A stretch of DNA of 63,225 nt, filler included, from Intoshia linei (lineage: Eukaryota > Animalia > Orthonectida), in the NCBI GenBank assembly GCA_001642005.1. It is 3 parts of 3 records of this genome, joined end to end, with 100 filler letters (N's around TTAATTAATTAA, not from the genome) between each part and the next. Parts side by side here need not be neighbours in the genome. Positions count along the whole stretch, not along the records: positions 31,038 to 61,205 come from LWCA01000369.1; 2 more parts are not named here. One strand, 5' to 3'. The position numbers were made by a program, and so were the translations under genes. Positions 38,501-53,500 of this stretch are shown here, one piece after another; position 1 is the first letter of the stretch, and each line of letters begins with the position of its first letter. A model generated the notes under the pieces. It had not been told where the DNA came from. It worked only from the letters and a program-made list of their open reading frames with translations, and did no database searches.

Positions 38501-41500
38501 CTGTGCATATGAGGAGGGTGAGATATAGAGTCAATGCTATCCAGAGATGATTCATTGACGGAAACAGGAGTGATATTTAAATTTTTTGTAGGTTTAATGT
38601 TTTTACTTTTTTTTGAAAATAAATTAGGCTTTGATTTACAAAAATTACATTGTGTGTCTACAATGGGTTTTACCGATGATTTTGTACTGTCATATCGTTG
38701 TATCATATTACTGATATCAGTGTGACATGTTCCACAACAAAATTGTGGAATACACCATTCACTTGATGTCACAATTTGTTCATACAATAATACCAATTTC
38801 TGGTTAAATCCAGGAGAATGTATTGAATATTTTTTTTATTCTTCAAAATGTACGCTCCACAGATAAAACAAAATTTGATCGATTTTTCGCAAAAATGAGG
38901 AATGTTTAGTAAATTGAAATATAACTTTGTAATTTAAATTTTGTATAGCAACATTGTACAGTCAAACCTGGTCAATATGAACAGCTGTGTACCAGTTCTC
39001 GACGCCGTTCAAATTAGAAACTAATATGAACAAGGTTATCTTGTTATGATAATCTAGGGGGAAAATTGTTATTTAAAATATATGTTAGGAATTTATTTTA
39101 TGATATAAATTTAACATGAGTTAATAATTTATTAATATACAATTAAAATACCATTACATTTTGTATTGCATTGAATTATCTAAATTCTTTGTTTGTACGT
39201 TATGAAATTAGTCATTTTTAATTTTCTTTTACTTTTTTCTTAAGTTATATGATCAATTTTTTGCCAGATGTCTTCCATTTTGTCTGGTAATTTTTTTGAA
39301 AATTTTTTTCAAGTTTCATTGCATGTTTGTAAGCGTCAAAACTTGTCAATATTGGTTTTTCTCACATTTGATTCGTATCTGATTCATTTTTTGGTTTGAT
39401 ATCTTGATTACTCGAAAAATTGAGTTATATAAAAAATAAATGACTTAAAAATGATAAAATAACTTAAAAAAGTAATAGGGATCATCATCAATAGGATTAT
39501 AATCAAAACAAGCCACATTTTCATAACACTCATTTTGGGGTGTAAAAAATTTAAAAAATTTAACCTTTGTGTTTTCAAAAGATTTTTCAAAGAAATTACT
39601 TATGGTTTCACTTTTGACACTTATCCAGGCTTTCGCAATCCAAACTATTGATTGATATATATTAATTTGTTAACACCATTCCTCTTGACTGGTATTCTCT
39701 GATTCGAAGTTCATAGATTTCGCTAACAGTGTTTTGTATTTATCCTTAAAATTTTTTATAATTCCTTGATCCAAAGGCTGCAGTAATAAAGGTCGTATTT
39801 GATGGAAAGTAAAATAATTCAACATTACTCAACAATATATCATTAGGATGAACAGGAGCATTGTCCAATAAAAGTAAAATTTTCCTATCTTCTATCATCA
39901 TCATGTGATTAATATTATGTAACCATTCTTGAAAGATATGCAATGTCATCCAAGATTTTTGGTTTGCATAATAAGATACGGGCAAAATTTGTCTATCCAA
40001 TTTTTTTTAAACATCTAGGGTTTATTCGATTTTCCTATTATGAATGGTTTCAATTTTTCCCTTAACAAATTAACTGCAAATAAAATGGTAATTCTATTTA
40101 TGGCAAATTTTCCACTGGCCTTATCGGCCTTTGATATTGTGTACGTTCGAGACAAAGAGCACTTATAAAAAAGGCCCGTTTCATCGCAATTGAATATATT
40201 TTTACGGTCATATTCTTTCGCTAAATATGCTTCATTGAAATTTAAGATTGTATTTTGATTTACAGTTTTGGAATCGCCAATAATTTTGTTGGACGATATT
40301 TTATGTTGTTTTATAAAATAAGCTAGCCAGCCGTTCGATGCTTTAAAATTTTGATTATAAAAAACTTGTAAATTTGTAACGCTTTTTGTTTTAAAATTTG
40401 TCCACTAACACTTATATTTCCTGTTCGTTGAATTTGAAACTACTAGTACAGAATATCATGTACTTGACTTCTTGACCTTAAATGAGGTTTACGTTTACTA
40501 TTGAGTCATTTAGTATAGAGTACTTATGTTTTAAAATATTGTGTACGGTTCCTACAGATATATCATGTTTAGCAGCTAAAAATCTCTGAGAAAAATTGGC
40601 ATCGTCTTTAAATGATTCTAATAATTTTCTTTTGTCATTCAAAGATAAATTTTTTCTTTTTCGCTTATTATTTTTATTTTTTTAAGGTTCATATTAAATA
40701 ATAATAATAAAATCAGTATAAGTGTGACAGTAAAATATAATAACGCCCAAAATTAAATGAAAATAATTTTATTTTATATAAACTCATGTTCAGTGTACAA
40801 AATGAAAAGGATTATATAAAACAAATCACTTTTCATAATGTTTCTATACAAAAAAATCAATATTTATTAAGTTTGTTTAAATTAAGCTGTATTCATATTG
40901 AACAGGTTTGACTGTATATATTAATTATAATTAAAACTTCTATATTTCAGAAATTACACCATAGATTTAAAAGTTTTTTCGCCATTACACATTTAACAAG
41001 CGTTAGTAGCATATAAGATATTTTTTATTAAGATAGTTCTTTGAGTGTATATCAGTGTTATGAGATATTTCCGAAGTCGATGTTTAATATTAATGAAAAT
41101 TATATATTTATTACTGTGTCACTATTTATGTCAATGAATTTCAAACTTGCGATAAAAATTTCCCCTTATTACCAAAAAATTCATCAACGTTCATCTACAT
41201 TATATTATTATGTAATATACTAGGTTGACTGTTATGTACTACGTACAAACAGGACTTAGCTCTGCCGAGGGCACATTTTTATTATGCCAAGAAAATATAT
41301 TTACGTTGAAAATCTAACTTAAAAATCCTATTATTCACTATTATCAATCCTTTAAAAGGGTGGTTTCCAAATTTGTGTCAGGTGGAACCATTATATCACA
41401 TTACTTTTTACTTCAAAGTGAATCATTCTATCTTAATTTTTTTTGCTAATATTAATAAATATAAAAATGATAATAACAAAGTTGTATTACTTTTAGCTTC

Positions 41501-44500
41501 GTTGTTTTTATTTAAATTTTATTTAAAATGTTTTAAAAATGAGAATTTAAAATTTAAAAATTGCATAGCAATGAAAAAAATTTTGAAGGAATGAATTATA
41601 TAGATTTTCACCCATATGTCTTTATTGGAAATGTGTAGAGGTTCAAGGCACATTTTTTTTAAGATTATAGGGCTGTTTTCATTAAAAAAAGAAGGGTAAT
41701 TTGTGGTTTTGGCCCTGAAGATATTATTTTTTTAAATTTAAATTTATGATAATGTTTATGATTTTAAAATCCGTATCAGCGTATATATTTATATATTTTT
41801 TTTTGAAAATCAAACGAGTTGGAGAATTAAAAAAAATATAATTGGGGTTTTTGACCCGTAAGATGTGAGTTTGGGAGGTTGCAATTTATGTGATTATATG
41901 TCACGGAAAAAACTGTAATTGAAATATGGACTTTATAAAATTCTAAGTCTGGTAGTTATTGAAATAAAGTGGAACACACACACAAACAAATATTGCGTAG
42001 CATATTATATAAGTAAGGACTATGAAATTTACTATATGAAATATGATAATAATGTTGAATTATTCAAATTTTGAAGTGCTGAGACCCAATGTTTTTTTAA
42101 TTGTTTTTTAATTTTTGATAAAAGAGGGCGTGAAGTTGTATTAGTTTGGAATCACTTGATTAGACTATAACACACATATATTCAATTTTATATCAGTAAA
42201 TGATTATCATGTGTCAATTTAGATTATTATTAAGAAAATCTTTAATAATCGTCAGGTTCAGTGATATCATTAATTTTAGTAAATAAATATAATTAGCTCG
42301 ACTTGCGACAATAAAAGTTTTTGATTTGTAATTTATTAGAAAATTATAATTTTTAGTAAAAAATAGTCACTGGATTAATATATTAATTCTTTTTTGATTG
42401 AACTTTTATATCAGCCCCAAAAATATGTTAACGATTAGGTTATTTTTTGAAGTGCAACATCGTATTTTTTAAGAGTGAAAGTAAAGATAGCATAAAAAAG
42501 GTTGGGAACCACTGTTACAAAAAGTGTAATACACATAAAAAAGGCTGATATTAATAAAACATACAAATAGGTTAAGAATAATAGGTGCGGCTCTAAGCCA
42601 GTTAAATATTAATCAAATTTTAATATACAATGATGAAGCGCTTTAATTATAATTGTAAATATGTTTGCTCTCTTAACTCAATAATATTATTAACGAAAAT
42701 CAAATTTTTGATAAAAATTAAATTTAACAACAAAATAGTTTGATATTCAAGAAGGTAATTTCTTTAATGTTCAATTTGGAATAAGAATGTCACTATTTTA
42801 TAAACAAATTTCATCGAGGCCACGAAGAGGGATTTCGTTGAAATGGTAGGTTTGGCACTGTTCGGCAGAGCTAGCTGCTGTTTGTACGAAATACATAACA
42901 TTCAAGCTAATATTGTACAAAATTAACATTAAATTAATCTAAAATTTTGATAAGTCCAATAAATTTATAAAAATTCCAAGGCCCTATCAAAATATCGTAT
43001 ACCCACCATAAATTTCGCTAGACCCCATGGTTAAGAAACACTGTAGGAAACAATTGAGCAGTATTGTGGAAATATAACATTGTATCAACAATGTTGATAT
43101 TGCTGAAGGTCGTTGAATAAGTCAACTAAATTTTAAATTTCAAACATAATATAACACTTTTTTTTACACTACACTTAAAAACCAACCAAAAAATCTGAAA
43201 CCCAACAATAAGGCTTATTTATTTAATAATTTTGTATGTATTGTTTTTTAAATCGCAATATTAGGAATTTTTAAATAGTTTTCATGTATTTGTTTTTAAA
43301 TGAAGGGTATATACAATGTATGTTATTTATAATAAATAAGAAATTGATAATATTAATGAGGTCTCATAGGTATGTTAGTTAATTTAATTCTTGAGTGGTT
43401 TAGAGAAATGTCAGATATTTTTAAGCGTTAATTGAGTTATTTATCGATTTTTATTATAATTGTAATAATTTTAAATTTATAGAACAGCCAATATAAAAAA
43501 TAAATAAAGTGGGAATTACTATTCAGTTAATGTAATTAATGTGCTTTTCGGCTAAAAATGACCTTGATTATAATGATTAGTATCAATGATTCTGTTTTAT
43601 TTCTTACTGTTCGTTTCCCATGTTTACTTTTTAATTTTACTATAAAGTATGTTATTATTTATCACGTATCATTTTTTCTTTAAGTATGAAATTTTACTGT
43701 ATTACATTATTTGTTTCTTTTTTGCGTGTAACGTGGTTTTTGTACATTTCAATTGTTAAAATATTGATTAGGATACCTTTCAATGGTAAATTTGAGTGTT
43801 GATCTTTTTTTGATATTTACAATTTACTATCTAATGTTACTTTTTTCGAGAATCTTGGGATCCTTAGATTTAATACAGTCGGAAACACATTTATATACAA
43901 ATTTAATTTTACACATTAGGAAAGTGGCCAGCAAACTACGACCTACGGGCCAAATCCGGCCCGCTAATTACAAATCTATTACAAATACACCGGTGATATC
44001 TTACAAATTATCATGTCATCGACTCGTCATTTCTAGATTATGAGAAACTTATTAAATTTATTAACTTGAATTTTAAATTGTAATTAAAATACCGTCATGT
44101 ATATTTTTTATCTAGCCGCGGATTTTTTTTAGTTATTGGGGTCCCATGTCAAAAAGTTTGGTGGCCACTGCATCAGGATAATAAAATCCTGGTTATAGTG
44201 TATTTTTAATGTATTCCAAAATTGAATATAAATTCTACATTATTAAACAGGTTAAATTTAAATGTATTGTTAAATATGATTTAATTTACGATATGTATAA
44301 CGTACATCTATAATGTAGAATACTAATAAATCAATTGTATGCGACTCTTCAGTATCATCGACCTCATCAAAAAACGATTCGAGTAAGGTAATATACAGTT
44401 ACATTTTATGTAATGAATAGCTAAATGAATAATAATTGTGTGCAAAATTAAATTATTTATAATTGAGGTATCAATTACAAATTACTGTAAAGTTTTTACA

Positions 44501-47500
44501 TAAAACTGTATCATGTAGTCTAAATTTTAGGCGAATAACTCTAAAAGTTTTGGTTATAACAAGGCGTACCATTTAAAAGTAAAATCAACCATACAGCTTG
44601 ATGAAATATGTATCGAAAAGGAAACAAAACTAATATCTATTGATCAAACATATCACTGTACAAACACAACTGTCACGTGCGTTGTACCTAGTTGTGGTTA
44701 TAAGGAAATGAAGATTCCTAAAAATAAACTTGAATTAATTGAAGTAGATGAATATAATAATAAATGAAAAAATTTTGTCCTATATCGATTGTAAACTGTA
44801 TAATAAATTTTCCTAATTAGCCAACCTACCATCATGTCAATTCTGGTTAATGGTGTTTTATGGTTTACGTATTAGATGTATTCCATATACAATGACATGG
44901 TTATGTTTCTATTGATTATTTAGCTTTATTGAAATTAAATCCAATAATCAATTTTTGTTTAAAGTTGGTGTACTATAGTTTGTGTTTGTTTGCATTGTAA
45001 TGTTTGTTGAATTTTTTATTTATTAATATGGGAAACAAGCAGGTACTTTTAGACGGTTAATATTTAGTTTCCTAGTCAGTGAACAAGAAGATATTGATAT
45101 CCAAAACCTTTGCTAATGTTGATGTCGCCGATATCAAAATTGTTGAAAACGTTGATGAAATTAAGATTGTGAAAAGCGTTTCAGTAGAATTTTTGGATAA
45201 ACAGCGTCGCAAATTAAAGTAATACTTTTTGGATCAATGTAATTATTTTAGATATATAATTGATGAAATTATTAATACCGAGATAAATTATGTTGAATTT
45301 GTCAAATATACAATCAAAAATTATCTTATTTATTCAATCAAAGACAAAAATAGACCGTCTGATTTATCTGATGGTCGTTTAAAGATGGTGTTTGGGAATA
45401 TAAAAGAATTGGAAAATATCCATGTCAAGTAAAATTGTAAAATTTTCCATTTTTATGTGGTTTTAGTTTAATTTTACCTCAACTAAAAATTGCTCAATAT
45501 GATTACAATCTAATTTCCAAAACGTTCCTGGATCACGTAGTTATTTTAAATTTTATTAATATATAACTTATTACTAATACTATTATATATAACTTTTATT
45601 TAAATTTAGGAATCAAAATTATTCAAATATTTAAAATACTGTAGAAATAAACCTTTTTCAGAATACATTGTAAACTCCAATGAAAGTTATTTTGAGGTAC
45701 TCTTATTTTTAAATTCAAATTGAAATTTACATTTTAGAAAATTAGGTACAATATTGCTGATAATGATGGAATCTCGTCATTACTTATGAAACCAATTCAA
45801 CGTATAACGAGATACCAATTATTACTAAAGGTTGTATATGTATGTTTTTGTTCAATGTTATGTAGGATATTCGAGACACAGTTTTGAAAATTGGTGAAAG
45901 TGCTGAAATTGCTGATAAAGCATATAAATTAATGATTATTATTCCAAACCAAGCAAATTATATGATGGATTTATCTAGACTTGATGGATTCAACGTATCA
46001 ATTTTAATTTGTGACGTGTACAATGATACAAGTTACCAATTTCTTTAATTGCGCATAATTTTTTACCATTTTTGGAAACTTTAATTTTTAATTAAAAATT
46101 TAAAAATTTAATTATATAAAAAAATTTTAATTAAAAATTGTCTAAATGATATCAAAATTTTATTTTGTTTTACTAGATTAAGATGATTATAAATAATATT
46201 TAATCATATATTGATTTATTGGTACATGTAGTATGATACATTTTGTAATAATTTAGATTATGTTTAGTACTGTTTCAAATAATTTCACAATTTTTATAGG
46301 TCGATATCTCAATACATGGCAAAGTGGTCATTACTGAAAAATTAAAGGTTTTATTTGACAATGATTCAAAATATCAGAATGTTCAAGTCAAGCAGTGTTT
46401 TTTGTTGGAACATCGGTTTTTGATTGCTAACATTGTTGAGATACATTGTAGTAATATTCAGGATAGATATTCATTTGTTTGCGAATACTCGGTATTTTAT
46501 TTTAAACTATCTTGGCTATTATGTACTTTGTATGAATAGCAGCTAGATTTACCGAGGGTCAAATTTTTTCATTGGTTATAGAAAATCCTTACTTATATAC
46601 AGCAATTTAGCTAATAAGAATGTATATTTGTTTGTCTGTTACGATTTATTTAACAAAGTAGAGTTTTAAAAATACCAATTTCTAATATAGTTTTTGGAGG
46701 TTGAGGTTTTACCGCAAATTTCATTTTGAGAAATGGAGTGGTTCAAGGTCAAAAACCCTATTATCCTTTTTTTCGAAAATCAAACAAGTCCTAAAATTTT
46801 TAAAAATGAATAGTCTGATACAGATTTTAAAAACATCAAAAATTAGTCTTAGAATTAAAAAAACAGATTATTCTGACACAGCTTATTCCAGTTGATATAG
46901 ATACAAAATGTTAACCCTAGAAATCTACACATTCCAGTGAAAAATAAATTTTAATATATTATCAACCAATATTTTTCAAACTTTTAATATAAAATAAATT
47001 AAATTAAATTAAATATTTATCCTACAATTTCGACAAAAATGTGAATTGACTGTTTACAAATTTGAAATACAGAAATATGGGTTTCAATGAGATAAATTGA
47101 TTTCTTCTATTTTTTATGTTTGCTATGCAATTGCTAATTTTTAAAAACTTTTAAGTTTAGAATCTAAACTTTAGAATCTAAACTTTAGAATCTAAACTTT
47201 AGAATCAAACGTAGTATAACTTTGTTAATCATTTTCATTATAATGATGAGATTTATTTCCATACTGACAACATTTACCCCAAATATTTTTAAATTTAAAT
47301 GTGTTTGAACAGACTTTATCGAATTTTTCTCTCTACCTTCCCCTAATTGTAAAATGGTTTTGTGTATCTTCATTATAAAATTCTTAAGTCACTTCTGCTA
47401 TATCTTTTCAATTATATTTCTGATTTTCTCAACAAATTCAAACGGTTCTAAAAACGGATTCAACACAATAAGTCGCGGCAATGTCATATATTATATTATC

Positions 47501-50500
47501 ACTAGATCCATTCAAACATTATGCTCTTATTATACTCTAATGTCGTTAAGCAACAATTATCAAAGTTTATCATAAATGTATTGTTTTACGCATATACAAT
47601 GATGCTGCAGCAATGATGACATTGAATTTTTAATGATGGAAACTTATTTAAGAGCATAATTAATATGTGACGTTACCTAGTCATTATGCTCTATGAATTG
47701 CTTTAATTATCAGTTTAGCCTATAATACGATATTATTTTATAACCCTTTGCCCTTTTAATGATTATATAGATTATTTTGAAAAAAATTGTATAGCTTTAC
47801 TTTGGCTCCCTAAAAACTCACATGGGTAATGGCATATGGAATTTGCTGGTACACTGTTTGAGAAACATGAATCTATAACAATTCGATCCGCCGAACATTT
47901 TCATTTGGCTCACGATACGAACTTATTAGTTTTTATATATTGTCAGCCGCACCACATGTTGAAATACTGCATTATAAACACTATAATTATAAATTATATC
48001 CACTTATACATTGTTATATTATATATATGAATATGTTAATTAATATGTATAGTAATTTGTTATTTAGACTTATGATATATTATGCTTTAATAACGAAAAC
48101 GATTTAATTATGGCTGAAAATGAACAATACAGTTTGATTCTGACTCCACGCAAAGATGAATCCGATGTAAGAAAATATTTAATAGACAAAAAATACGTAA
48201 CATCACTTAGTTTATTCGGAATACATTTTAAGCCGAAAATTTTTATTCGTTATCATAGATAAGTAGTTTTGGCTTTACATTTATCACCAAATAAACTAAA
48301 ATTGATAGTACGTATTTTTTTTTAATTTTTTTTTGTTAACATTTGCGTTAAGAATTTTAAAAATAAAGTAAAACAGTCCAATCCTAAAAATTGTCATAAA
48401 TAGCATAAATTCCAGAAAAAATAAAATTATAAAAACTTATTTTGTAATTTTCAATGTGATGATATATATTTAATACCAATTTAATGAATACTTAAAAATA
48501 CCAATTATGTATCACTTTTTTGTATACACTCTTAGACGAGCGCATACTGATTTGAATGTTTTATAGTGCACTCAATTATTACAAAAAGTTAAAAGATGAT
48601 ATATCACTTTTTTGTAGACACTATTTTAGAATAATTTCATTTGAAATTACTGTATACTAAATTATATTATAGTTTTTCGAGCTAAAATACCATCATTGCA
48701 ACAATGGTGTTATGTTTGCAAGCAATCGTGTTATTAAAATTAAATTATAGAAACTAAATAGATTAAAAATGTATTTACAATGTACAGATAAGTATCGTAA
48801 ATTTTCCGTAAATTATGTCTGTAAGCAATTTCGACTTGCCGAAATAGGTACAAGATTTTCGACATTACATTATAATGGAATTTTAATACAGTCCGACCCC
48901 GCTTTGGGGAAAACCTCGGTGTGGGGCATACTCGTGTTTTGGGGCACTTTTTCAGAATTATGTTGATTTTATAATATTTATATCGATGTCATAACAACAT
49001 CTATAAAATTAAATCCGCTTTTGGGGCAAAAATGTTGTAAATATAAAATATATAAGTATAATTTTTATAGTGATGACATTAATTTAAAATTATATGCATT
49101 TAAATATTTTACATACATTTACATATACATTTAAACATGCCAATTTTGGATTATGAAATTGAACTGGAAATAGCAAATATTTTGAAAGAAGGAAAAATTT
49201 CTGAACGAAAATTATGTGAAATATACAATACGAGTAAAGGAACAATTTCCTGAATTAAAAAATTAATGGTTCCAATTTTAAACAATGATATTGTAAATTC
49301 GATTGATGTCAATGAACCAAGTACCTCGTTTAATTTATCTAATACGTTTGTTGATTTGGATAAATTGGTTTATGAGGCTTTTTTAAAATTGAGAGAACAC
49401 AATATCTCTGTTTCAGGTACAACGTTAAAAAAAATTGGGCAAACAACAATGTAGCCAAAAAATTGAAAATTGCAAATTTCTACGCGTCTAATGGATGGTT
49501 GGCGTATTTTAAAGTAAGACATGATTTATCATTTTAATGTATATATGGTGAAAAAAAATCATCCGATAAAACACAATTGGATAAATTTTACGTTGATTAT
49601 GATAATTTAAAATCGAAATATAAAAAAGATGATATATAAAATTGTGACGAAATTGCATTATATATAAAACATTTACCATCTAAATTTTTCGTAGAAAAAA
49701 GTGATGACTGCAAAGGTACTAAAAAAACCAAAGAAAAACTAAGCCTCCTTCGTTGTTGCAGTTTAACCGGTGACAAATTTCAGCCACTGATTATTGGAAA
49801 AGCTAAAAATCCTCGATGCATGAAAAATATTTCTTGTAATAATTATGGAGTTCTATATTTTTCATTTAAAAACGTTTGGATGACAAATAACATTTTTCAT
49901 ACCTGGTTGACGATAATAAATAATATGATTGCAGAAAAAAAGAAAATTATAATTATTTTAGACAACGCTAGTTGTCATAAACCGTTTGAATGTTCTGATG
50001 TGGAACTTTTCTTTTTACCAAAGAATACAACCTGTTTAATCCAACCTTTAGACATGGGTATTATTAAATCATTTAAGGATTATTATTGTAATTGTTTGAG
50101 AGAATTCTTTTTGGAAGATGATTTTAATTTTTTATCTATAGAAACTTTCTCAAATCAACATAAGACAAAGTATTTTTTTTTATTTCAAAGGCATGGGAAG
50201 AAGTCAAAATAGAAACAATTCAAAATTGTTGGATTAAAATTGAGGAAACAATTGAAATAATTATAGAAAACTTTCACGGGTATAAAAATATGGAATTTTA
50301 CGATGGGCCAGATGTCGCCCCAACTGATTCTACAGAAACATTTAAAATATTAAAAAAATTAAAAGAAAACATAGGTCAGGTTTGTCCCAAATCATTAAAA
50401 GCATTCTACGAGTTTAGAACTGTTGCTAAAACTATTCATAACAAGAATTACAAAATAACCGATTATTTCGTGGTGAAAAATAAAAAATATTAAATAAATT

Positions 50501-53500
50501 TTAATCCTTTTCATATGTATTTCATTTATTATGTTTCATTCATTCCTATATTTTAATATCTGATAACTTATTAATTATTATTCTAGATTAGAAAGTAACT
50601 ATAATTTTAAAAAATAATTATATAATTACAAAAATATTGATAACTTTAATTTCAGATTTTTATTAAATTTTATTTGCAGGTATTTAGTTGATAATATCAC
50701 CCTAAACGAGCGGTTCCCAAATGGGGTACTGGGACCCCTAAGGGGTACCAGAAATTAGTAAGTATGTTGAGAAGTGCTGCCCTAAACCGTGTTGGACTGT
50801 AATAGAAACAAATATAATAAACTCATCCCCAAAACTGTGAAAAACATGAATTTCTTCGAATAATGGTATTTTTGAGTTGCTATATAGGTTATTAATGCAA
50901 TATATGAAAGTCTTGATGTTATAAATGTTTTATGCAAAAATTTAGGAAAAATAATCTATCAATTAAGAAACAAATTAGCAATTAATATTTTCATGATTAA
51001 AAAAATTCGTCAAAACTATGTGAAATGTGTATATAAATGCAAAAAAAAACAATTTATAAATATAATTTTTTAATTACTAATAATTAAGTAGATCCCCACC
51101 TTTATTTTCTACAACTTCAGTTAATCTTGATGGAATGGATTGAACCAATCGGCGAATTTCATCAACTTCCAGCGAGTCTCAAATAATATCAATTTCAAAC
51201 TTAGAGGTCCTAAAAACTTAATGAATCGCGTATAAACTTTAAAATTAAAAAAAAAAAATTTTAATTTTTTATAAAATTGATTAATCTTATTTTCACTTTT
51301 AATTAGTTCTATTAACTAAATTCACAAAAGTAACCGAATACAAATATAATAAACATTTTTGCGAACATGATCATGTATTTGAAATGTCATAATTGTTAGA
51401 AAAAAACAGCAAGAAACCTCTATCCTATAAATTCTGTTTTTTATGAATTTTTGGGTATAATAGGGTTTTATTGAGAACGATTTCTGATAAACTGTGATAA
51501 CCATGGCATTATATATATTCACAAATGTTACAATATACTATTTATACGCATGAATTCACATCGTTACCACACCAATATTTTTTTATAAAGTTCATGTTCG
51601 TTTTTGAAAAATTGTATTAAAAATTAGTTTAAAAATGCAAAAAGTCAAGGGTTTAATTTGAGAGTTAGACAATTTCAAGCACATCATCTTGTTCGCAATA
51701 AAAAGTTTTATCTTTCACCGTTGGTTACTTTTGCATTGTTTAAAAAAAAGTATTTTAGGACACATCTTAATATACATATACAGTAGTTTCTTGTTATTAA
51801 ATACATTAATAAAACATCAATTTTGAAATTGTTGCTGAGTGAAATAATTGCGCCAATTAAAATAAATTAAATTATACTTAAAGTCTGCTTATTTTCATTT
51901 TATTTATGTGCATCAAACGAAGAATTGCTATAAATTTATTTATTAAATTAAAAATTATATCCGAAATTGAAGATGGTAAATCATACCGTTGGTTGTCAAA
52001 ATTTTAGAAAAGATTTTTAATTTTGACCCGTAAAATGACAGGTGAACGTTTGTCTGTTAATAGTGAATGTGTTGCTGGCTTCATTTAAAAGTTTAATAAT
52101 ATAATCGCCGAAAAAAATTATTTTATGGAACAAATTTACAATGCAAACGAGTCGGCAGTATTTTACAAAAAATCTCCGAAATTTACGTTGGCTCATGCAT
52201 CAGAAAAATCTATACCCGGATATAAAAGCTCAAAAGATCGTTTATTAAAGATCATTATTATTAGTTGGGAAGAACAGTCTATGGAGGTTGATGATTCTCA
52301 AATTTTATATACGGACGATGCGGAACCATCTATATCCGAGGAAGAGATGCAAGATATGCTGAGTTCTGTAGATAAACTAATTGCATATACCCAAAAACAC
52401 GAAATGAAATCAGATTATAATAACTTATATTCTTAAATGCAAATTAATTAATAAAAATTAAATGTTAATCTTATTCTCAACATTTTTATTATTATAATTC
52501 TTATTAACTTTCAGTGTAAAATATTTAAGTTTTATTTTTAGTCTTCGGTTTAGTAGATAATATTTTTAATGTTATACAATATAATTATACTTAAATACAA
52601 TTTATGTTAATAAAACTAATTAAACGTTAAATATTAATTTTAGTTTTCACTGTCGATATAACTAAATCAAATAATTAATTTTTTTTAAAAAATTCTAAGA
52701 AATATGATATTAATTCAGTATAAATATTTAGTATGAAGTTTTGAAATAACTAGTAAAATAAACTTGTATTCGAGATATTCTTGTATTTAATAACGAGTGT
52801 ATTTATAAACGAGAAACTACTGTACACTTGTATAAAAAAAATTTAATTAATTATTTAGTTACCTTCTTGTTATAATTCAATCCTAAAATTCCCATCAATT
52901 CATTGAGACTCGTAAAACCCACATATTAATTTGTATTTAAAATTACTTTTAAATCCTATTTTAATTGTTATTATATTAGATTATAATTTAATGTAAGTAA
53001 AAACATTATAATATAATTTAATTAGGCGATTGTTACTCTATTTTTTGTGGATGAAGAAGGAAAAAATAAATGGAAAGACCACTTTGATAAAATAACCCAA
53101 AAATTTACACTATTCATGAAAGCCTTACAACAACCTACCACTACAGGGTAAATTTTATCGAAAAATTGTAGATAAAATATTTTTTATAAATAACATAAAT
53201 TTATCCGTTTAAAATGTATAAATATACATTAGAAAACAAACAAGTGGATCCAACAAATCATATTCTAGTCAGGAGTCTGAAAAGGGAGACGAATGTTCAA
53301 AAGATAATGAAAGTGACACATTGCCTTCAATTTCATCTGAAGATTATGAAACTGAAAAATATATAATAAATAATGATGCGAGATTGCTGCTAAATTATAC
53401 AAATGAATCCCTTACAAAAAATGATTTTACGTGGAAAATGTCCAATTTAATTGATGGAGTTTATAAAGATTTAATCATTGATGAACGCATTTACTACAAA

